A stretch of 64,000 nucleotides of DNA from Dehalococcoidia bacterium (GTDB lineage Bacteria; Chloroflexota; Dehalococcoidia; UBA2979): positions 896,001-960,000 of the forward strand of contig OZ219871.1 in the NCBI GenBank assembly GCA_964291495.2, read 5' to 3'. Of the stretch, positions 19,054-30,475 are shown piece by piece. Under the pieces are notes generated by a model. That model saw only the letters and a list, made by a program, of their open reading frames with translations, ran no database searches and had not been told where the DNA came from. The translations under genes and the position numbers were made by a program. Positions within the stretch are counted from its first letter, which is position 1, and the number at the start of each line of letters is the position of its first letter.

Positions 19054-20598
19054 CTATTGCACGGCGATCCCGTTGTAGAGCATCACGGGATCCCCCTGAA
19101 AGACGTCACTCTCGAGGTTGGCGATCACGATGATCGGGCGATCGGCGATCACGACGGCGCCGCCGACCCAGCCGTCGGGGAGAGTGTCGTCCTCCCACTG
19201 GCGCAGCGTGCGGAAGTGATCGACCGTGGCGCCCGGGGAAAGCCGGCCCGTGGGGAAGTGCCGCGAGAAGTAGAGCACGTTGACGCGCGCACGCGAGCCG
19301 TCGAAGGCAACCACGCGGAACCATGAGTTCCAGCCGTCGAAGCCGCCCCAGGGGCCGAAGTTCTTGTTGAGCACCGGCAGCACGATTTCGCGTGCGGCCT
19401 CGGAGGGGGTGAAGCCGCGGTAGTCGGCCAGCGCTCCGTCGGCGGAGAGGCGCTGCGCGACCACGGCGACCGGGTACTCGGCGCGGATCCGCACCGTCCC
19501 GAAGAAGGTGTCGGGCAACGAGACGTCTTCCGGCAGACATCCGGCGACGCCGTCGAAGCGCTGGTCGCAGGTCAGGCCGGAGAGGACCGTCACCTCGTGC
19601 TCGATCTCGATCTCGCCGCCGTCGGCGTTGTGGCCGGCGAAGAGGAGCTGCAGCTCGTTGGGCACGGGCGGGATGCTATTGAAGATCCGGAAGCGCGTCG
19701 TCCAGGTGGTCTGGCCCTCGCTGGCGTTGCGGTCGACGACCGGGAGCACCACGTCGCGGCTCATCTCGGTGTAATCGATGCCGCGGTAGGTCGAGAGCCC
19801 GGGGCCCTCGCGTTCGCGCGTGTCCACCATCATCGCCGGCATCTGGTCCTGCGCGGGCACGCCCGAGGCCGTCGTCAGGCCCTGGACCACGGCCGAGCCG
19901 TCGAAGCCCTCGGGCACGGGCAGGCTGTGCTCGTCGCGCAGCAGCGTGCCGCGGGGCGGCACCAGGGCGCCGCCGCGCGGGCAGCCCTCCGTGGCCCCCG
20001 GAGGATCGATCGCGGTCGGTCGCGTCGCGCCCTCGTCGTAGTAGACGATCTGAAAGCAGCCCTCGTGCGTGTCGCTGGTGTTCTCGACGGAGATGCGGGA
20101 GACGTACTTGGCGGTGCGCTGGACCACCGGCGCGAAGTGCGTCGCGCTCCCCGGCGCGAGGCTGAGCGCGTCGCCGCCGATCCGGAACAGCCCGTCCTGG
20201 AAGACATCGCGGGCGAGCAGGGCGACGAAGGGTTGATCGACCGAAACCACCGCGGAGCCGCGATAGCCCTCGTCCAGGGGCTCGTAGCCCTGCTGGAAGA
20301 AGGACCAGCCCGAGCCTGGCGCCAGCGCCTCGCACTCACCCCGGCGCGGGCAGCGGTCGCTGCCCACGAGGTCGCCGTCGAGGTCGAAGAACTGGACATC
20401 GATGTTGGCGGCGCGGCGTCCGATGTTCTGGACGCGCAGCCACGAGTTCTCGTCGCCGAGGTCGAGCGGATCGGCTTCGCTGCGCGGAGCGTCGGCGAGA
20501 GAGGCGAGGGCGAACGCGGCGGCGAGCAGCGCCAGCAGCGCGAGGGGCCGCAGTCGCGGAGGCGCGAGAATCCAGAAGCGCACGGGCGCGCCCTCCAC
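19054..20598 (-). CDS. Secreted protein with about four internal beta-rich repeats
   Basis: Signal peptide; recurring lvLPvv..N...W.t.frv.N blocks. Confidence 0.7.
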   Translation of the reverse strand: MEGAPVRFWILAPPRLRPLALLALLAAAFALASLADAPRSEADPLDLGDENSWLRVQNIGRRAANIDVQFFDLDGDLVGSDRCPRRGECEALAPGSGWSFFQQGYEPLDEGYRGSAVVSVDQPFVALLARDVFQDGLFRIGGDALSLAPGSATHFAPVVQRTAKYVSRISVENTSDTHEGCFQIVYYDEGATRPTAIDPPGATEGCPRGGALVPPRGTLLRDEHSLPVPEGFDGSAVVQGLTTASGVPAQDQMPAMMVDTREREGPGLSTYRGIDYTEMSRDVVLPVVDRNASEGQTTWTTRFRIFNSIPPVPNELQLLFAGHNADGGEIEIEHEVTVLSGLTCDQRFDGVAGCLPEDVSLPDTFFGTVRIRAEYPVAVVAQRLSADGALADYRGFTPSEAAREIVLPVLNKNFGPWGGFDGWNSWFRVVAFDGSRARVNVLYFSRHFPTGRLSPGATVDHFRTLRQWEDDTLPDGWVGGAVVIADRPIIVIANLESDVFQGDPVMLYNGIAVQ

Positions 20599-20720
20599 CC
20601 CGCCACCAGAGATGATACGTGAGACGGGTCACTCGGCGTGAAGTCCACGCCTCGTCGTGGCGGGAGTTCCGGCGCTCCGCGCGCGAACTCTGGGTTATAC
20701 TATCAACCAGAGGTAATACC

Positions 20721-20996
20721 ATGCCCTATCTGGTTGGACCCAAGGGTCAGGTCGTGGTCGCGAAGGAGATTCGCGACCGGCTCGGGATTGGTCCTGGGTG
20801 GGTCGCGATCCAGCGCCTGGCCGGCGACCACGTCGAGATGCACTTCCTGCCGCCCGATCACAACGAGTCCTTAAAGGGCAGCCTCGCCCCGTACGTGCGG
20901 CGCGCATCACGTCCCGAGGACTGGGACGGAGCGAGGGAGCGCGCCTGGCGCTATGCCGCAGAGGAACGTGAACGCGAGCCCGATCCTCCCCAGTGA
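20721..20996 (+). CDS. AbrB/MazE-type antitoxin
   Basis: VGPKGQVVVAKEIRDRLGIGPG; overlaps the PIN gene. Confidence 0.85.
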   Translation: MPYLVGPKGQVVVAKEIRDRLGIGPGWVAIQRLAGDHVEMHFLPPDHNESLKGSLAPYVRRASRPEDWDGARERAWRYAAEEREREPDPPQ

Positions 20997-21403
20997 TCGC
21001 ACTGCTCGACACGTCGATGCTCGTTCGGTATCTCACAGGCGATCCACCGGACCTCGCCGATGCCGGCGCGCGGGTGATCGACGGCGAGGACCAGCTCCTG
21101 ATCACGGATGTCGTGCTCGTCGAGGCGGCGTACGTGCTCCGCTCCGTGTACGACGTGCCGAGGGAAGCGATCGTCGATCACCTGATCGCCCTTCTCCGCA
21201 AGGCGAACATCGCTACCTTCCGTCTGGACAAGCACCTCGTGATCGAGGCGTTACTGCTGTGCCGGCCTTCGGGCCGTGTCTCGTTCAGCGACGCGCTGGT
21301 CTGGGCGGCGGCGCGGTCGGAGCCGGATTCGATCGTCTACTCGTTCGATCGGCGCTTCCCGGACGATGGGATCACGGTCCTGGATTCGGCGGCGGGTCAG
21401 TAG
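20993..21403 (+). CDS. vapC: VapC/PIN-domain toxin
   Basis: LLDTSML, VLVE, SFSDAL, SFDRRF. Confidence 0.85.
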   Translation: MIALLDTSMLVRYLTGDPPDLADAGARVIDGEDQLLITDVVLVEAAYVLRSVYDVPREAIVDHLIALLRKANIATFRLDKHLVIEALLLCRPSGRVSFSDALVWAAARSEPDSIVYSFDRRFPDDGITVLDSAAGQ

Positions 21404-21497
21404 CGGGACGAACCGGATCGCACCTTTCGGGACCGCCAACTCGACGCCCGGATCGGGGCGGTGCTACGATCGCGGTCCTGGCGCCTCGCGGCGCCGT

Positions 21498-21574
21498 CGG
21501 GGTGTAGCTCAGCTTGGCAGAGCGCGTCGTTCGGGACGACGAGGTCCGCAGTTCAAATCTGCGCACCCCGACCA
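21498..21574 (+). tRNA. tRNA-Pro(CGG)
   Basis: Cloverleaf CGGGGTG...CACCCCG-ACCA; anticodon arm CGTCG-TTCGGGA-CGACG; GTTCAAATC T-loop. Confidence 0.97.
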
Positions 21575-21615
21575 TCCCCCTCCACTTCTGACCCCGCGAC
21601 GAAGGGCTCGGCACG

Positions 21616-22356
21616 GTGACCACACCCTCCGCCGCCGGCCGCACGCGCCGCCCTCGCGTCCTGGTCACGCGCGCCGAGGAGGTGCCCGGCGAACGCTGGG
21701 ACGACTACGCCGACTGCCTCGAGGCTGCGGGCGCGGACTGGGAGGCCTACGACCTCGCCGACTGGCAACCCGGCGCGCGCATCGAGGACTACGACGGGTT
21801 GATCATCAGCGGCGGGGTCGACATCGACCCCGCCTGCTACGGCGAGGCGCCCTCGAGCTACGTGACCGACACAAACGCAGCCCGCGACGAGTTCGAGCGC
21901 GCGCTGCTGCGGGACGCCCTCGATCACGACCTGCCGGTGCTGGGGATCTGCCGAGGGCATCAGCTCCTCAACGTCGCGCACGGCGGTTCGCTGCTGCAGC
22001 ACATCGCCGAGCGCGAGCCGCACCGCGCCCGCAGCGGCGAGGACGGCGCGATCGACTCCGGCTGGCACGACGTCGCGCTGGCGGAGGGCTCGCTGCTCGC
22101 AAGCCTGTTCGCCGCGCCCTCGCTGCGCGTCAACTCGCGCCACCACCAGGCCGTCACGCTCGACCGCCTCGCGCCCGGCCTGCGCGTGGCGGCGACGACC
22201 CCGGACGGCGTCGTCGAGGCGCTGGAGCGCCCCGACCGGCGCTGGGTGGTCTCCGTGCAGTGGCACCCGGAGCGCAAGGAGGACGCCGCGAGCCAGCGCC
22301 CGATCTTCGAGGCATTCGTGGAGGCCTGCGCCGCGACCGCGCAGCAGGACGGGTGA
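21616..22356 (+). CDS. Gamma-glutamyl-gamma-aminobutyrate hydrolase family (peptidase C26)
   Basis: LGICRGHQLLNV, VNSRHHQ, VQWHPE. Confidence 0.9.
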   Translation: MTTPSAAGRTRRPRVLVTRAEEVPGERWDDYADCLEAAGADWEAYDLADWQPGARIEDYDGLIISGGVDIDPACYGEAPSSYVTDTNAARDEFERALLRDALDHDLPVLGICRGHQLLNVAHGGSLLQHIAEREPHRARSGEDGAIDSGWHDVALAEGSLLASLFAAPSLRVNSRHHQAVTLDRLAPGLRVAATTPDGVVEALERPDRRWVVSVQWHPERKEDAASQRPIFEAFVEACAATAQQDG

Positions 22357-22826
22357 CGGACGCGCCGCCCGGCGTCCGCTACTTCGCCTACGGCTCCAAC
22401 CTCAGCGAGTCCCGCCTGCACGAGAACTGCCCATCCGCTCGCCTCGAGGCAGTAGCCCGGCTGTCCGGCTACCGGCTGGCGTTCACGCGCCGCAGCGAGC
22501 GCTGGGACGGCGGCGTGGCCGACATCCGCCCCGACCCCGACGGCGAAGTGTGGGGCATCGTCTGGCGCATCGCCGCCGCTGAGGGCGACGCCCTTGATCG
22601 GCAGGAGGGCGTGCACGCCACGCCGCCGCGCTACCGGCGGATCGAGGTCACCGTGACCACACCTGGCGGTGCGGCCCTGGACTGCCTCGCCTACCAGGTG
22701 GTCGAGCCGGAGGCGGAGCACATCGCGCCGTCCGCCGCCTACCTCGGGACGATGCTGCGGGGCGCGCGCGCGGCGGGGTTGCCGGAGGAGTACATCAGGC
22801 GGATCGAGGCGATCGCGGCCGGCTGA
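22353..22826 (+). CDS. Gamma-glutamylcyclotransferase
   Basis: [26 protein letters not shown]. Confidence 0.88.
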   Translation: MTDAPPGVRYFAYGSNLSESRLHENCPSARLEAVARLSGYRLAFTRRSERWDGGVADIRPDPDGEVWGIVWRIAAAEGDALDRQEGVHATPPRYRRIEVTVTTPGGAALDCLAYQVVEPEAEHIAPSAAYLGTMLRGARAAGLPEEYIRRIEAIAAG

Positions 22827-22911
22827 CGGGGGCGCCGCTGCGGGTTCCTGACCCCTCCCGCTGGTACAATAGGAATACGGACGTTCCCGCACTCCCCGTC
22901 CGAGGCAGACG

Positions 22912-25701
22912 TTGGTTCAAGAGACCCCTGACCGCATCCAGACCACGCGCATCGAAGACGAGATGCGCGACTCCTACCTCGACTACGCGATGTCGGTCAT
23001 CGTCTCGCGCGCGCTGCCCGATGTGCGTGACGGGCTCAAGCCGGTGCAGCGCCGCATCCTCTTCGGGATGCAGGAGCTGGGGGTCGGCCCCAACTCAGCG
23101 CTCAAGAAGACCGCCCGCGTCGTCGGCGAGGTGATGGGCAAGTTCCACCCCCACGGCGACCAGGCGATCTACGACACGCTGGTGCGGATGGCGCAGGACT
23201 TCACGATGCGCTACCCGCTCGTCACCGGGCAGGGCAACTTCGGCTCCGTCGACGGCGACCCGCCCGCGCAGATGCGCTACACAGAGGCGCGACTCGCCCC
23301 GATCGCGAGCGAGCTGCTTGCCGACCTCGACCGCAACACGGTGGACTTCCAGCCGAACTTCGACGACTCGGTCAACGAGCCTGTGGTGCTGCCCTCGCGC
23401 ATCCCGAACCTGCTGCTCAACGGCGCGAGCGGGATCGCGGTCGGCATGGCGACGAACGTCCCGCCGCACAACCTCAACGAGATCTGCGATGCGCTGACGC
23501 TGCTCATCGACAAGCCCGAGGCGGGCATCGACGAGCTGATGGAGCACGTGCAGGGGCCTGATTTCCCGACGCGCGGCCGCATCTTCGGCCGCGAGGCGAT
23601 CCGGCAGGCCTACGCCAGCGGGCGCGGCAAGGTCACGATGCAGGGCGTGATCAGCGCCGAGCAGACCGAGGCGGGCCGCATCCAGCTCGTCGTGACCGAG
23701 CTGCCCTACCAGGTCAACAAGTCGACGCTGATCCAGCGCATCGCCGACCTCGTGCGCAACAAGCGCATCGAGGGCGTCTCCGACCTTCGCGATGAGTCCG
23801 ATCGCGACGGGATGCGGATCGTGATCGAGTTGGCGCGCAACGGCACGCCGGCTGCGGTCGAGGCGCAGCTGTTCAAGCTCACCGCGCTGCAATCGACCTT
23901 CGCCGTCAACATGCTCGCGCTCGTCGACGGCCGCCCGAAGACGGTCAGCCTCAAGGAGGCGCTGGAGGCGTTCATCGACCACCGGCGCGATGTGATCCGG
24001 CGGCGCAGCGAGTTCGACCTGCAGAAGGCCGAGGAGCGCGCGGAGATCCTCGACGGCCTGCTCAAGGCGATCGAGCAGCTCGACTGGGTGATCGCCACGA
24101 TCCGCGCCTCGGAGTCCGCGGACGCGGCGAAGGGCGCGCTGATGGCGGGCCCGGAGGCGGACGCCGAGGAGCCGTGGCTGTCGGAGCGGCAGGCGCAGGC
24201 GGTGCTGGACATGCAGCTGCGCCGCCTCGCCGCCCTCGAGCGGAAGCGCATTGAGGACGAGCACGCCGAGCTGGCCGAGCAGATCGCGTGGCTGCGGGAT
24301 CTGCTCGCGAACCCGGAGAAGATCGACGGGCTGATCAAGGAGGACTGCGCGGAGCTGAAGGAGCAGTACGGCGACGCGCGCCTCACACGGGCCTTCGCGC
24401 AGCCCGCCGAGGAAATCTCGGCGGACGACCTGGTGCCGCACCAGCGCATCGTCGTCACGATCTCGGACGCCGGCTACATGAAGCGCGTGCCGCTGGAGAC
24501 GTACCGCCGCCAGCGGCGCGGCGGCCGCGGCATCACCGGCGCGCCGACGCGCGACGAGGACGCCGCCAACCACCTCGTCGTCTGCGACACGCACGACTCG
24601 CTGCTGCTCTTCACCCAGCAGGGCCGCGTCTACTCGCTGCGCGGCTACGAGGCGCCCGAGGCGACGCGCCAGGCGCGCGGCATCCCGGTCGTGAACCTCG
24701 TCGAGATGGAGGCCACGGACCGCGTCACCGGCGTGGTCGTGGTGGCCGACTTCAGCCGCGACTCGATGGTCCTCGCGACCGCGGGCGGCGACGTGAAGCG
24801 CACGCCGCTGGAGCAGTTCGAGTCCGTGCGCCGCGCCGGGCTGATCGCGATGAAGCTGAAGCGCGGCGACAGCCTGATCGCGGCGCACGCCGCCGCCGAC
24901 GGACACGACGCGCTCCTCGTGAGCAGCGGCGGCCGGGCGATCCGCTTCCCGGTCGGCTCGCTGCGTGTCGCCTCGCGCGCCTCGGGCGGGGTGCGCGGGA
25001 TGCGGCTGCGCAACGGCGAGCAGGTGATCGGACTCCTGATCGACACGGACGGCGAGGACCTGCTCGTGGTCTCGGAGCAGGGCTTCGGCAAGCGCACGCC
25101 GATCGAGGAGTACCCGACGAAGGGCCGCGGCGGCCAGGGCATGCTCACCTTCCGCGTCATGGAGCGCACCGGACCGCTCGCCGTGGCGCGTGCCGTGACG
25201 GCCGGCCAGGAGATCATCCTCGTCTCGCGCGATGGCATCGTAATGCGCACGCAGGCGGAGACGATCAGCCAGCAGGGACGCGGCACCCAGGGCGTAGCCG
25301 TGATGAACATCGGCGAGGGCGACACCCTCGCGGCGCTTGCCCTGATCGATCTCGACGAGGACAGCCCCCGGCGGCGGCGCGCACCGGAGCCCGAGGACGA
25401 AGACGAGGCTCCCCCCGCCGCCGCCGAGGACGAGCCGACCGAGCAGCCCGGGAAACGGAAGGCCGCCGACGTCGGCAGCGTGACGGACGCAGAGCTGCGC
25501 GAGGCCCTCGAGGCGGCGCTGCCGGCCGGGGAATGGACCCCGCATCTGCAGGTGCTGAAGACGGCGGCCCGTCTGCTGCGCTTCGCGCGCCTCTCGCAAG
25601 CCCTCCAGAAGGCCCTCGGACGGGCGATCCACGCGGCCGTCGTCGAGGGCTGGATCGAGGAGAACGGGGAGACGCAGGAGCTGCGCCGGCCGGGCGCCTG
25701 A
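22912..25701 (+). CDS. gyrA: DNA gyrase subunit A with extra C-terminal domain
   Basis: [29 protein letters not shown], GyrA box QRRGGRG, pinwheel repeats. Confidence 0.97.
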   Translation: MVQETPDRIQTTRIEDEMRDSYLDYAMSVIVSRALPDVRDGLKPVQRRILFGMQELGVGPNSALKKTARVVGEVMGKFHPHGDQAIYDTLVRMAQDFTMRYPLVTGQGNFGSVDGDPPAQMRYTEARLAPIASELLADLDRNTVDFQPNFDDSVNEPVVLPSRIPNLLLNGASGIAVGMATNVPPHNLNEICDALTLLIDKPEAGIDELMEHVQGPDFPTRGRIFGREAIRQAYASGRGKVTMQGVISAEQTEAGRIQLVVTELPYQVNKSTLIQRIADLVRNKRIEGVSDLRDESDRDGMRIVIELARNGTPAAVEAQLFKLTALQSTFAVNMLALVDGRPKTVSLKEALEAFIDHRRDVIRRRSEFDLQKAEERAEILDGLLKAIEQLDWVIATIRASESADAAKGALMAGPEADAEEPWLSERQAQAVLDMQLRRLAALERKRIEDEHAELAEQIAWLRDLLANPEKIDGLIKEDCAELKEQYGDARLTRAFAQPAEEISADDLVPHQRIVVTISDAGYMKRVPLETYRRQRRGGRGITGAPTRDEDAANHLVVCDTHDSLLLFTQQGRVYSLRGYEAPEATRQARGIPVVNLVEMEATDRVTGVVVVADFSRDSMVLATAGGDVKRTPLEQFESVRRAGLIAMKLKRGDSLIAAHAAADGHDALLVSSGGRAIRFPVGSLRVASRASGGVRGMRLRNGEQVIGLLIDTDGEDLLVVSEQGFGKRTPIEEYPTKGRGGQGMLTFRVMERTGPLAVARAVTAGQEIILVSRDGIVMRTQAETISQQGRGTQGVAVMNIGEGDTLAALALIDLDEDSPRRRRAPEPEDEDEAPPAAAEDEPTEQPGKRKAADVGSVTDAELREALEAALPAGEWTPHLQVLKTAARLLRFARLSQALQKALGRAIHAAVVEGWIEENGETQELRRPGA

Positions 25702-25723
25702 CGCGGTCCGGGAGCGCGCGCCC

Positions 25724-26722
25724 ATGAGCCTCAGCGACCTCGGCGAGTTCGGGCTGATCGAGCGCATCATCGAGCGCTTGGGCGAGGCCGCCGCCCACGA
25801 CATCCTGGTGCCGCCCGGCGACGACGCGGCGGCCTGGGCGCACGAGGGCGCGGCAGCCGTCGCCACGGTCGACAGCCTCGCCGAGGGCACGCACTGGCGG
25901 CGCGACACGATGTCGCCGGCGGACGTCGGCTGGCGGTGCGCCGCGACGAGCCTCTCCGACCTCGCAGCGATGGGCGCCGAGCCGGGCCCGCTGCTGATCG
26001 CGGCGCAACTCGGCCCCGATGTCTCGCTCGAGGACCTCGACAGCTTCGTGGACGGACTGGCGGCGGCCTGCCGCTGCCTCGGCGCGCGCATCGCGGGCGG
26101 CAACATCGCCCGTGCGGCGAGCACGAGCTTCAGCGCGACGGCGATCGGGAGCGCGCGCGACGGAGATGCGCTGCTGCGCCGCGACGCGGCCCGGCCCGGT
26201 GACGCCGTCGCCGTCTCCGCGGCGCCGGGCGCCGCGGCCGCCGGCCTCGCGCTGATCGAGGCGGGGCAAGCAGCCGAGCCGGAGGCGGCGGCGCTGGTCG
26301 CCGCACATCGCAGGCCGCCTGCGCGGCTCGCACTCGGCCGGGCGGCGGCCAGCGCCGGGCTGCGCTGCGCCATCGACCTCTCGGACGGGCTGCTGCAGGA
26401 CCTCGGCCACGTCGCCGCGGCCTCGGGCGTCGCCATCGAGATCGAGGCGACGGCGCTGCCGCTGCACCCGGCGGCGGTGGCGCTGCTGGGCCGCGATCGC
26501 GCGCTCGCGCTGGCGCTCGGCGGCGGCGAGGACTACGAACTGGCGCTTTGCGGGCCTGCTGCTACGCTCGATGCGCTCGGCGCGGACGCCGCCGCAGAGG
26601 GCCTTCCGCCGCTGACGCGCATCGGCCGGGTCACGGCGGGGCCACCCGGCGACGTGGCGGCCATCGACGAGTCGGGCGGGCGCATCGACCCGACATCCAC
26701 GGGCTGGGACCAGTTGCGCTGA
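25724..26722 (+). CDS. thiL: Thiamine-monophosphate kinase
   Basis: GEFGLI, GDDAA, SDLAAMG, IDLSDGL, GGEDYEL. Confidence 0.95.
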   Translation: MSLSDLGEFGLIERIIERLGEAAAHDILVPPGDDAAAWAHEGAAAVATVDSLAEGTHWRRDTMSPADVGWRCAATSLSDLAAMGAEPGPLLIAAQLGPDVSLEDLDSFVDGLAAACRCLGARIAGGNIARAASTSFSATAIGSARDGDALLRRDAARPGDAVAVSAAPGAAAAGLALIEAGQAAEPEAAALVAAHRRPPARLALGRAAASAGLRCAIDLSDGLLQDLGHVAAASGVAIEIEATALPLHPAAVALLGRDRALALALGGGEDYELALCGPAATLDALGADAAAEGLPPLTRIGRVTAGPPGDVAAIDESGGRIDPTSTGWDQLR

Positions 26723-26750
26723 GCCGCCCGCCGGCGACGGAGTACGACAC

Positions 26751-27269
26751 GTGCACACCGCCAACCGCATGCTCGTGACGACGAAGGGCGCGGCGCGCAC
26801 GCGCGCCCTCGGGCGGCGGCTCGCGCGGCTGCTGCGCCCCGGCGACGTGGTGCTGCTGCAGGGGCCACTTGGCGCGGGCAAGACCACGCTCGTGCAGGGC
26901 GTCGGCACCGGCCTCGGCGTCGAGGGGCCGGTCAACAGCCCCACCTTCGTCCTGCTCGCCCGCCACGACCTCCAAACCCCCGAGGACGGCGGCGCTCGGC
27001 GGGCCGAGCGCCCGGACGCGCTGCACCACGCCGACCTCTTCCGCCTCACCGAGATCGAGGAGGTCGAGGAGCTGGCGCTCGCCGAGCAGGCCACGGACGG
27101 CGCGCTGCTCGTCGAGTGGCCGGAGCGCGGCCTCGAGGCGCTGCCCAGCGAGCACCTGCTCGTCGCGATCGAGTTCTCGCCCGAGCGCGACGACGAGCGG
27201 CGGCTCACCTTCGTCGCCGTCGGCGAGCGCTACCACCGCATCCTCGACGGCCTCGGAGGCCGCGGCTGA
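26751..27269 (+). CDS. tsaE: t6A biosynthesis ATPase
   Basis: [26 protein letters not shown]; exact start uncertain. Confidence 0.93.
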   Translation: MHTANRMLVTTKGAARTRALGRRLARLLRPGDVVLLQGPLGAGKTTLVQGVGTGLGVEGPVNSPTFVLLARHDLQTPEDGGARRAERPDALHHADLFRLTEIEEVEELALAEQATDGALLVEWPERGLEALPSEHLLVAIEFSPERDDERRLTFVAVGERYHRILDGLGGRG

Positions 27270-27952
27270 TGCGCCGTATAGAGCTGGGGATCGACAGCGC
27301 CTCGAGCGAGGCCGCCGTCGCCCTCCTCGACGGCGACGAGGTGCTGGCGGAGCGGCGCTGGACGGTGGAGACGAACTACTCACGCGAGCTGCTCGGCGGC
27401 ATCGACGCGGCGCTGGCCGAGGCAGGCGTGGAGCGCGGCGAGCTGGCCGCGATCGCGGTCGACGCCGGGCCGGGCGGCTACTCGGGGCTGCGCAGCGGCG
27501 TGGCGACGGCGCAGGGCCTCGCGCTCGCGCTCGGCATCCCGCTGGCGGGCGTCTCGCGCCTCGAGGCGGCGGCGTTCCCGCACCTCGCCGGCGGCCGGCC
27601 GGTCGTCGCCACGCACCAGGCGGGCGGCAGGCGCATCGCCTGGGCCGCCTACGGGGCCGGCGGCGGCGGGGCCCCGGCGATCCTCGAGGCGCCGCGCCTC
27701 GAGGAGCTCGACGCCTGCCTGCGCGCCGCCCCAACCGGCGCCCTCTGGTGCGGCGAGCTGAGCGAGGAGCTGCGCGCCGCCCTCGATCGTGTCGAGGGGA
27801 CGGCGCAGGCGGCCTCGGAGAACGTCCGCCGCGCCGCGGACCTGGTGCGGCTGGCGAGGCTGCACAACGCCTACGGCGACCCGGCGCTGGTCGACGTGGT
27901 CTACCTGCGGCCGCCGCCGATCACCCGGCCGGCGGGAACGAAGGCAAACTAG
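27269..27952 (+). CDS. tsaB: t6A biosynthesis protein
   Basis: [20 protein letters not shown]; ATG overlaps the tsaE stop. Confidence 0.9.
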   Translation: MRRIELGIDSASSEAAVALLDGDEVLAERRWTVETNYSRELLGGIDAALAEAGVERGELAAIAVDAGPGGYSGLRSGVATAQGLALALGIPLAGVSRLEAAAFPHLAGGRPVVATHQAGGRRIAWAAYGAGGGGAPAILEAPRLEELDACLRAAPTGALWCGELSEELRAALDRVEGTAQAASENVRRAADLVRLARLHNAYGDPALVDVVYLRPPPITRPAGTKAN

Positions 27953-27984
27953 GCACGGGCTCGAGGCGCACGGAGGGAACACGG

Positions 27985-28434
27985 ATGGAACGCACGCTGA
28001 TCCTGGTAAAGCCGGACGCCGTCCAGCGCGGGTTGATCGGCGAGGTGCTGGGCCGCCTCGAGCGGCGCGGGCTGCGGCTGGTCGCGCTGCGCCTGATGCA
28101 GGTCGACGAGGCGCTGGCGCGCCGCCACTACGGGGAGCACGAGGGCAAGCCCTTCTTCGCCGGCCTCGTGGACTACATCACCTCGAGCCCGCTGATCGCG
28201 GCGGTGTTCGAGGGTCCGGACGCAATCGCGGCCGCGCGCCAGACGATGGGCGCGACAAACCCCGTCGAGGCCGCGCCCGGCACGATCCGCGGCGACCTCG
28301 CCCTCGAGGTGGGGCGCAACCTGGTGCACGGATCGGACGGCCCGGAGAGCGCGGCGCGCGAGATCGCGCTCTTCTTCGGCGACGAGGCGGCGCCCTCCTG
28401 GGAGCGCGACACAGACCGCTGGATCCTCGAGTAG
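27985..28434 (+). CDS. ndk: Nucleoside diphosphate kinase
   Basis: [30 protein letters not shown]. Confidence 0.97.
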   Translation: MERTLILVKPDAVQRGLIGEVLGRLERRGLRLVALRLMQVDEALARRHYGEHEGKPFFAGLVDYITSSPLIAAVFEGPDAIAAARQTMGATNPVEAAPGTIRGDLALEVGRNLVHGSDGPESAAREIALFFGDEAAPSWERDTDRWILE

Positions 28435-28483
28435 CGCCCGTTCAATCCAGCCCGGCCTGCCCTGGTTGATAATCGGGAGCGAC

Positions 28484-28495
28484 CAGACTAGTCTG
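28484..28495. promoter_or_regulatory. Palindrome, candidate TA operator
   Basis: CAGACTAGTCTG in an AT-richer stretch upstream of the antitoxin. Confidence 0.5.
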
Positions 28496-28526
28496 ATATC
28501 TAGTCATATTAGCCACGGAGGGTCGC

Positions 28527-28787
28527 GTGGGCGCAACCTGGCAAGTCCAAGAAGCCAAGGCTCGCTTCAGCGAATTGCTTGAGATGAGCCTCGCCGAGGG
28601 GCCGCAGATCGTCACCAAGCGGGGCGTCGAGACCGCCGTGCTGGTCCCGATCGAGCAGTGGCGCCGGATGGAGCGCTTGACGAGGCCGAACATCAAGGAG
28701 TGGCTGCTCGCGGCCGGGCCCCGCACCGAGACGCTGACCCCGCCCCGACGCGAGTTCCGACGCCGCCCGCCGCCGCGGCTCGACTAG
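28527..28787 (+). CDS. Phd/YefM antitoxin
   Basis: WQVQEAKARFSELL...GPQIVTKRG...AVLV. Confidence 0.9.
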   Translation: MGATWQVQEAKARFSELLEMSLAEGPQIVTKRGVETAVLVPIEQWRRMERLTRPNIKEWLLAAGPRTETLTPPRREFRRRPPPRLD

Positions 28788-28794
28788 CCCCTAC

Positions 28795-29217
28795 GTGTAC
28801 CTGCTCGACACGAACGTCGTCTCCGAGTTGCGTCGCCCGCGCCCACATCCGCCGGTGCTGGACTGGATCCGCGATGTACCGGCGGAGCGACTGCATGTTT
28901 GCGCGGTCACGATCGGTGAGGTCCAGGCTGGTATCGAGATCACACGCGAGCAGGACACTGCGAGGGCGCGAGAGCTGGAGGCCTGGCTCGAGGATCGCCT
29001 ACTCGGCGACTTCGACATTCTGACGCTCGACGCCGCCGTCTTTCGTGAGTGGGGGCGGCTGATGCATCGGCGCTCGCACACGTTGATCCAGGACGCGATG
29101 ATCGCCGCGGTCGCCGTCGTTCACGGGCTGACCGTGGTGACCCGCAACGTTCGCGACTTCGAGCAGTTCGGCGTGCCGGTGCTCGACCCGTTCGCGGAGC
29201 ACGACGGGACCACCTGA
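28795..29217 (+). CDS. vapC: VapC/PIN-domain toxin
   Basis: YLLDTNVVSE, DAMIAA, VVTRNVRDF. Confidence 0.92.
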   Translation: MYLLDTNVVSELRRPRPHPPVLDWIRDVPAERLHVCAVTIGEVQAGIEITREQDTARARELEAWLEDRLLGDFDILTLDAAVFREWGRLMHRRSHTLIQDAMIAAVAVVHGLTVVTRNVRDFEQFGVPVLDPFAEHDGTT

Positions 29218-29221
29218 CGCA

Positions 29222-30472
29222 TCAACCGAAGTCGCCGCGCGGGCGGCCGGCGACGACGACGAAGACAGCCGCCAGCGCCGTCAGCGGCGCGTAGATCGTG
29301 AAGATCAGCACGTAACTGCCGAACTCGTCGAAGGCCAGCCCGGCGAGGAACGGCCCGAGCATCCCGAACGGCATCGTGAGCGTCGAGGCCAGCCCCTGCA
29401 GGGTGCCGAAGCGGCGCGGGCCGAAGTGGTCGGCGACCGCAGTGATGAAGAGGATCACCCAGATCGCGTGCCCGGTCGCGTACGTCAGGTAGTAGAGCGG
29501 CAGCAGCCACAGCCGGTCCGTGTTGAGCTGCGCGAAGAAGACGAGCCCCACCCCCTGCAGCAGGAACGAGGCGATGTAGAGCTGGTGCCGCCCCACGAGG
29601 TCGGCGAGCCAGCCAACCGCGGGCCGCATCGCAACCTGCACCACTCCGTAGATCGCCACGATCAGCCCCGCCTCCGGGAGCGAGAACCCGGAGTGCGTCA
29701 TGTGCGGCACCTGGTGCACCGTCCAGGCGATCGACTGGCCCGCCGTGAACCCGGTCGAGAGCGTGAGCAGGTAGAAGACGCGGCCTCTCAGCGCCTCGGA
29801 CACGCTCACACCCACGAGCGACGACGTCGCCGCGCGCGAGGCATCCGAGCGGGGGGCGGCCTCGCCGTCGGGGAGCAGGCCGGACTGCTCCGGGCGGTCC
29901 CGCACGATCAGGGCGAACACGATCCCGACGGCGAAGATCAGGAGCGCGGCGGCCACGAGCGCCTCGCGCCAGCCCGCAGCGGTCACGAGCAGCGCGAACA
30001 GCGGGACGATGAAGTAGCCGGCGCCGCGGCCCGCCGCGACGATCCCCATCGCCCTTGCCCGCTTGCGCTGGAACCAGTTCATCATCGTGGCGTTGATCGG
30101 CACGCCCATGCAGAGGCTCTGGCCCAGCGCCGCGATCACGCTCGCCGCGTAGTAGACGAGCAGCGAATGCGCCTGCGAGAAGAGCAGCAGGCCTCCCGCG
30201 AGCAGCAGCACGCCGCTGAGGATCATCCGCCTCGGACCGAGCCGGTCCACGAGCACACCACTGATCGGGGCGAGCAGCCCTTGCTCGAAGCTTCGCAGCG
30301 AGAACCCGAGCGAGATCGCAGCGATGCTCCAGCCGAGCTCCTGCTGCATCGGCTCGATCAGCACGCCCAGGCCGAGCGAGGCGATCCCGAAGGCGATCAG
30401 GCTCAGCGCGCCGCCGCCGGCCGCGATGTACCAGCCGTAGAAGACGGGGCCCGCCGGCCTCGCCGCGCGCAC
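29222..30472 (-). CDS. MFS transporter
   Basis: FYGWYI, GVLVDRLGPR, WFQRKRARAMG; about 12 TM helices. Confidence 0.9.
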   Translation of the reverse strand: MRAARPAGPVFYGWYIAAGGGALSLIAFGIASLGLGVLIEPMQQELGWSIAAISLGFSLRSFEQGLLAPISGVLVDRLGPRRMILSGVLLLAGGLLLFSQAHSLLVYYAASVIAALGQSLCMGVPINATMMNWFQRKRARAMGIVAAGRGAGYFIVPLFALLVTAAGWREALVAAALLIFAVGIVFALIVRDRPEQSGLLPDGEAAPRSDASRAATSSLVGVSVSEALRGRVFYLLTLSTGFTAGQSIAWTVHQVPHMTHSGFSLPEAGLIVAIYGVVQVAMRPAVGWLADLVGRHQLYIASFLLQGVGLVFFAQLNTDRLWLLPLYYLTYATGHAIWVILFITAVADHFGPRRFGTLQGLASTLTMPFGMLGPFLAGLAFDEFGSYVLIFTIYAPLTALAAVFVVVAGRPRGDFG

Positions 30473-30475
30473 GGG

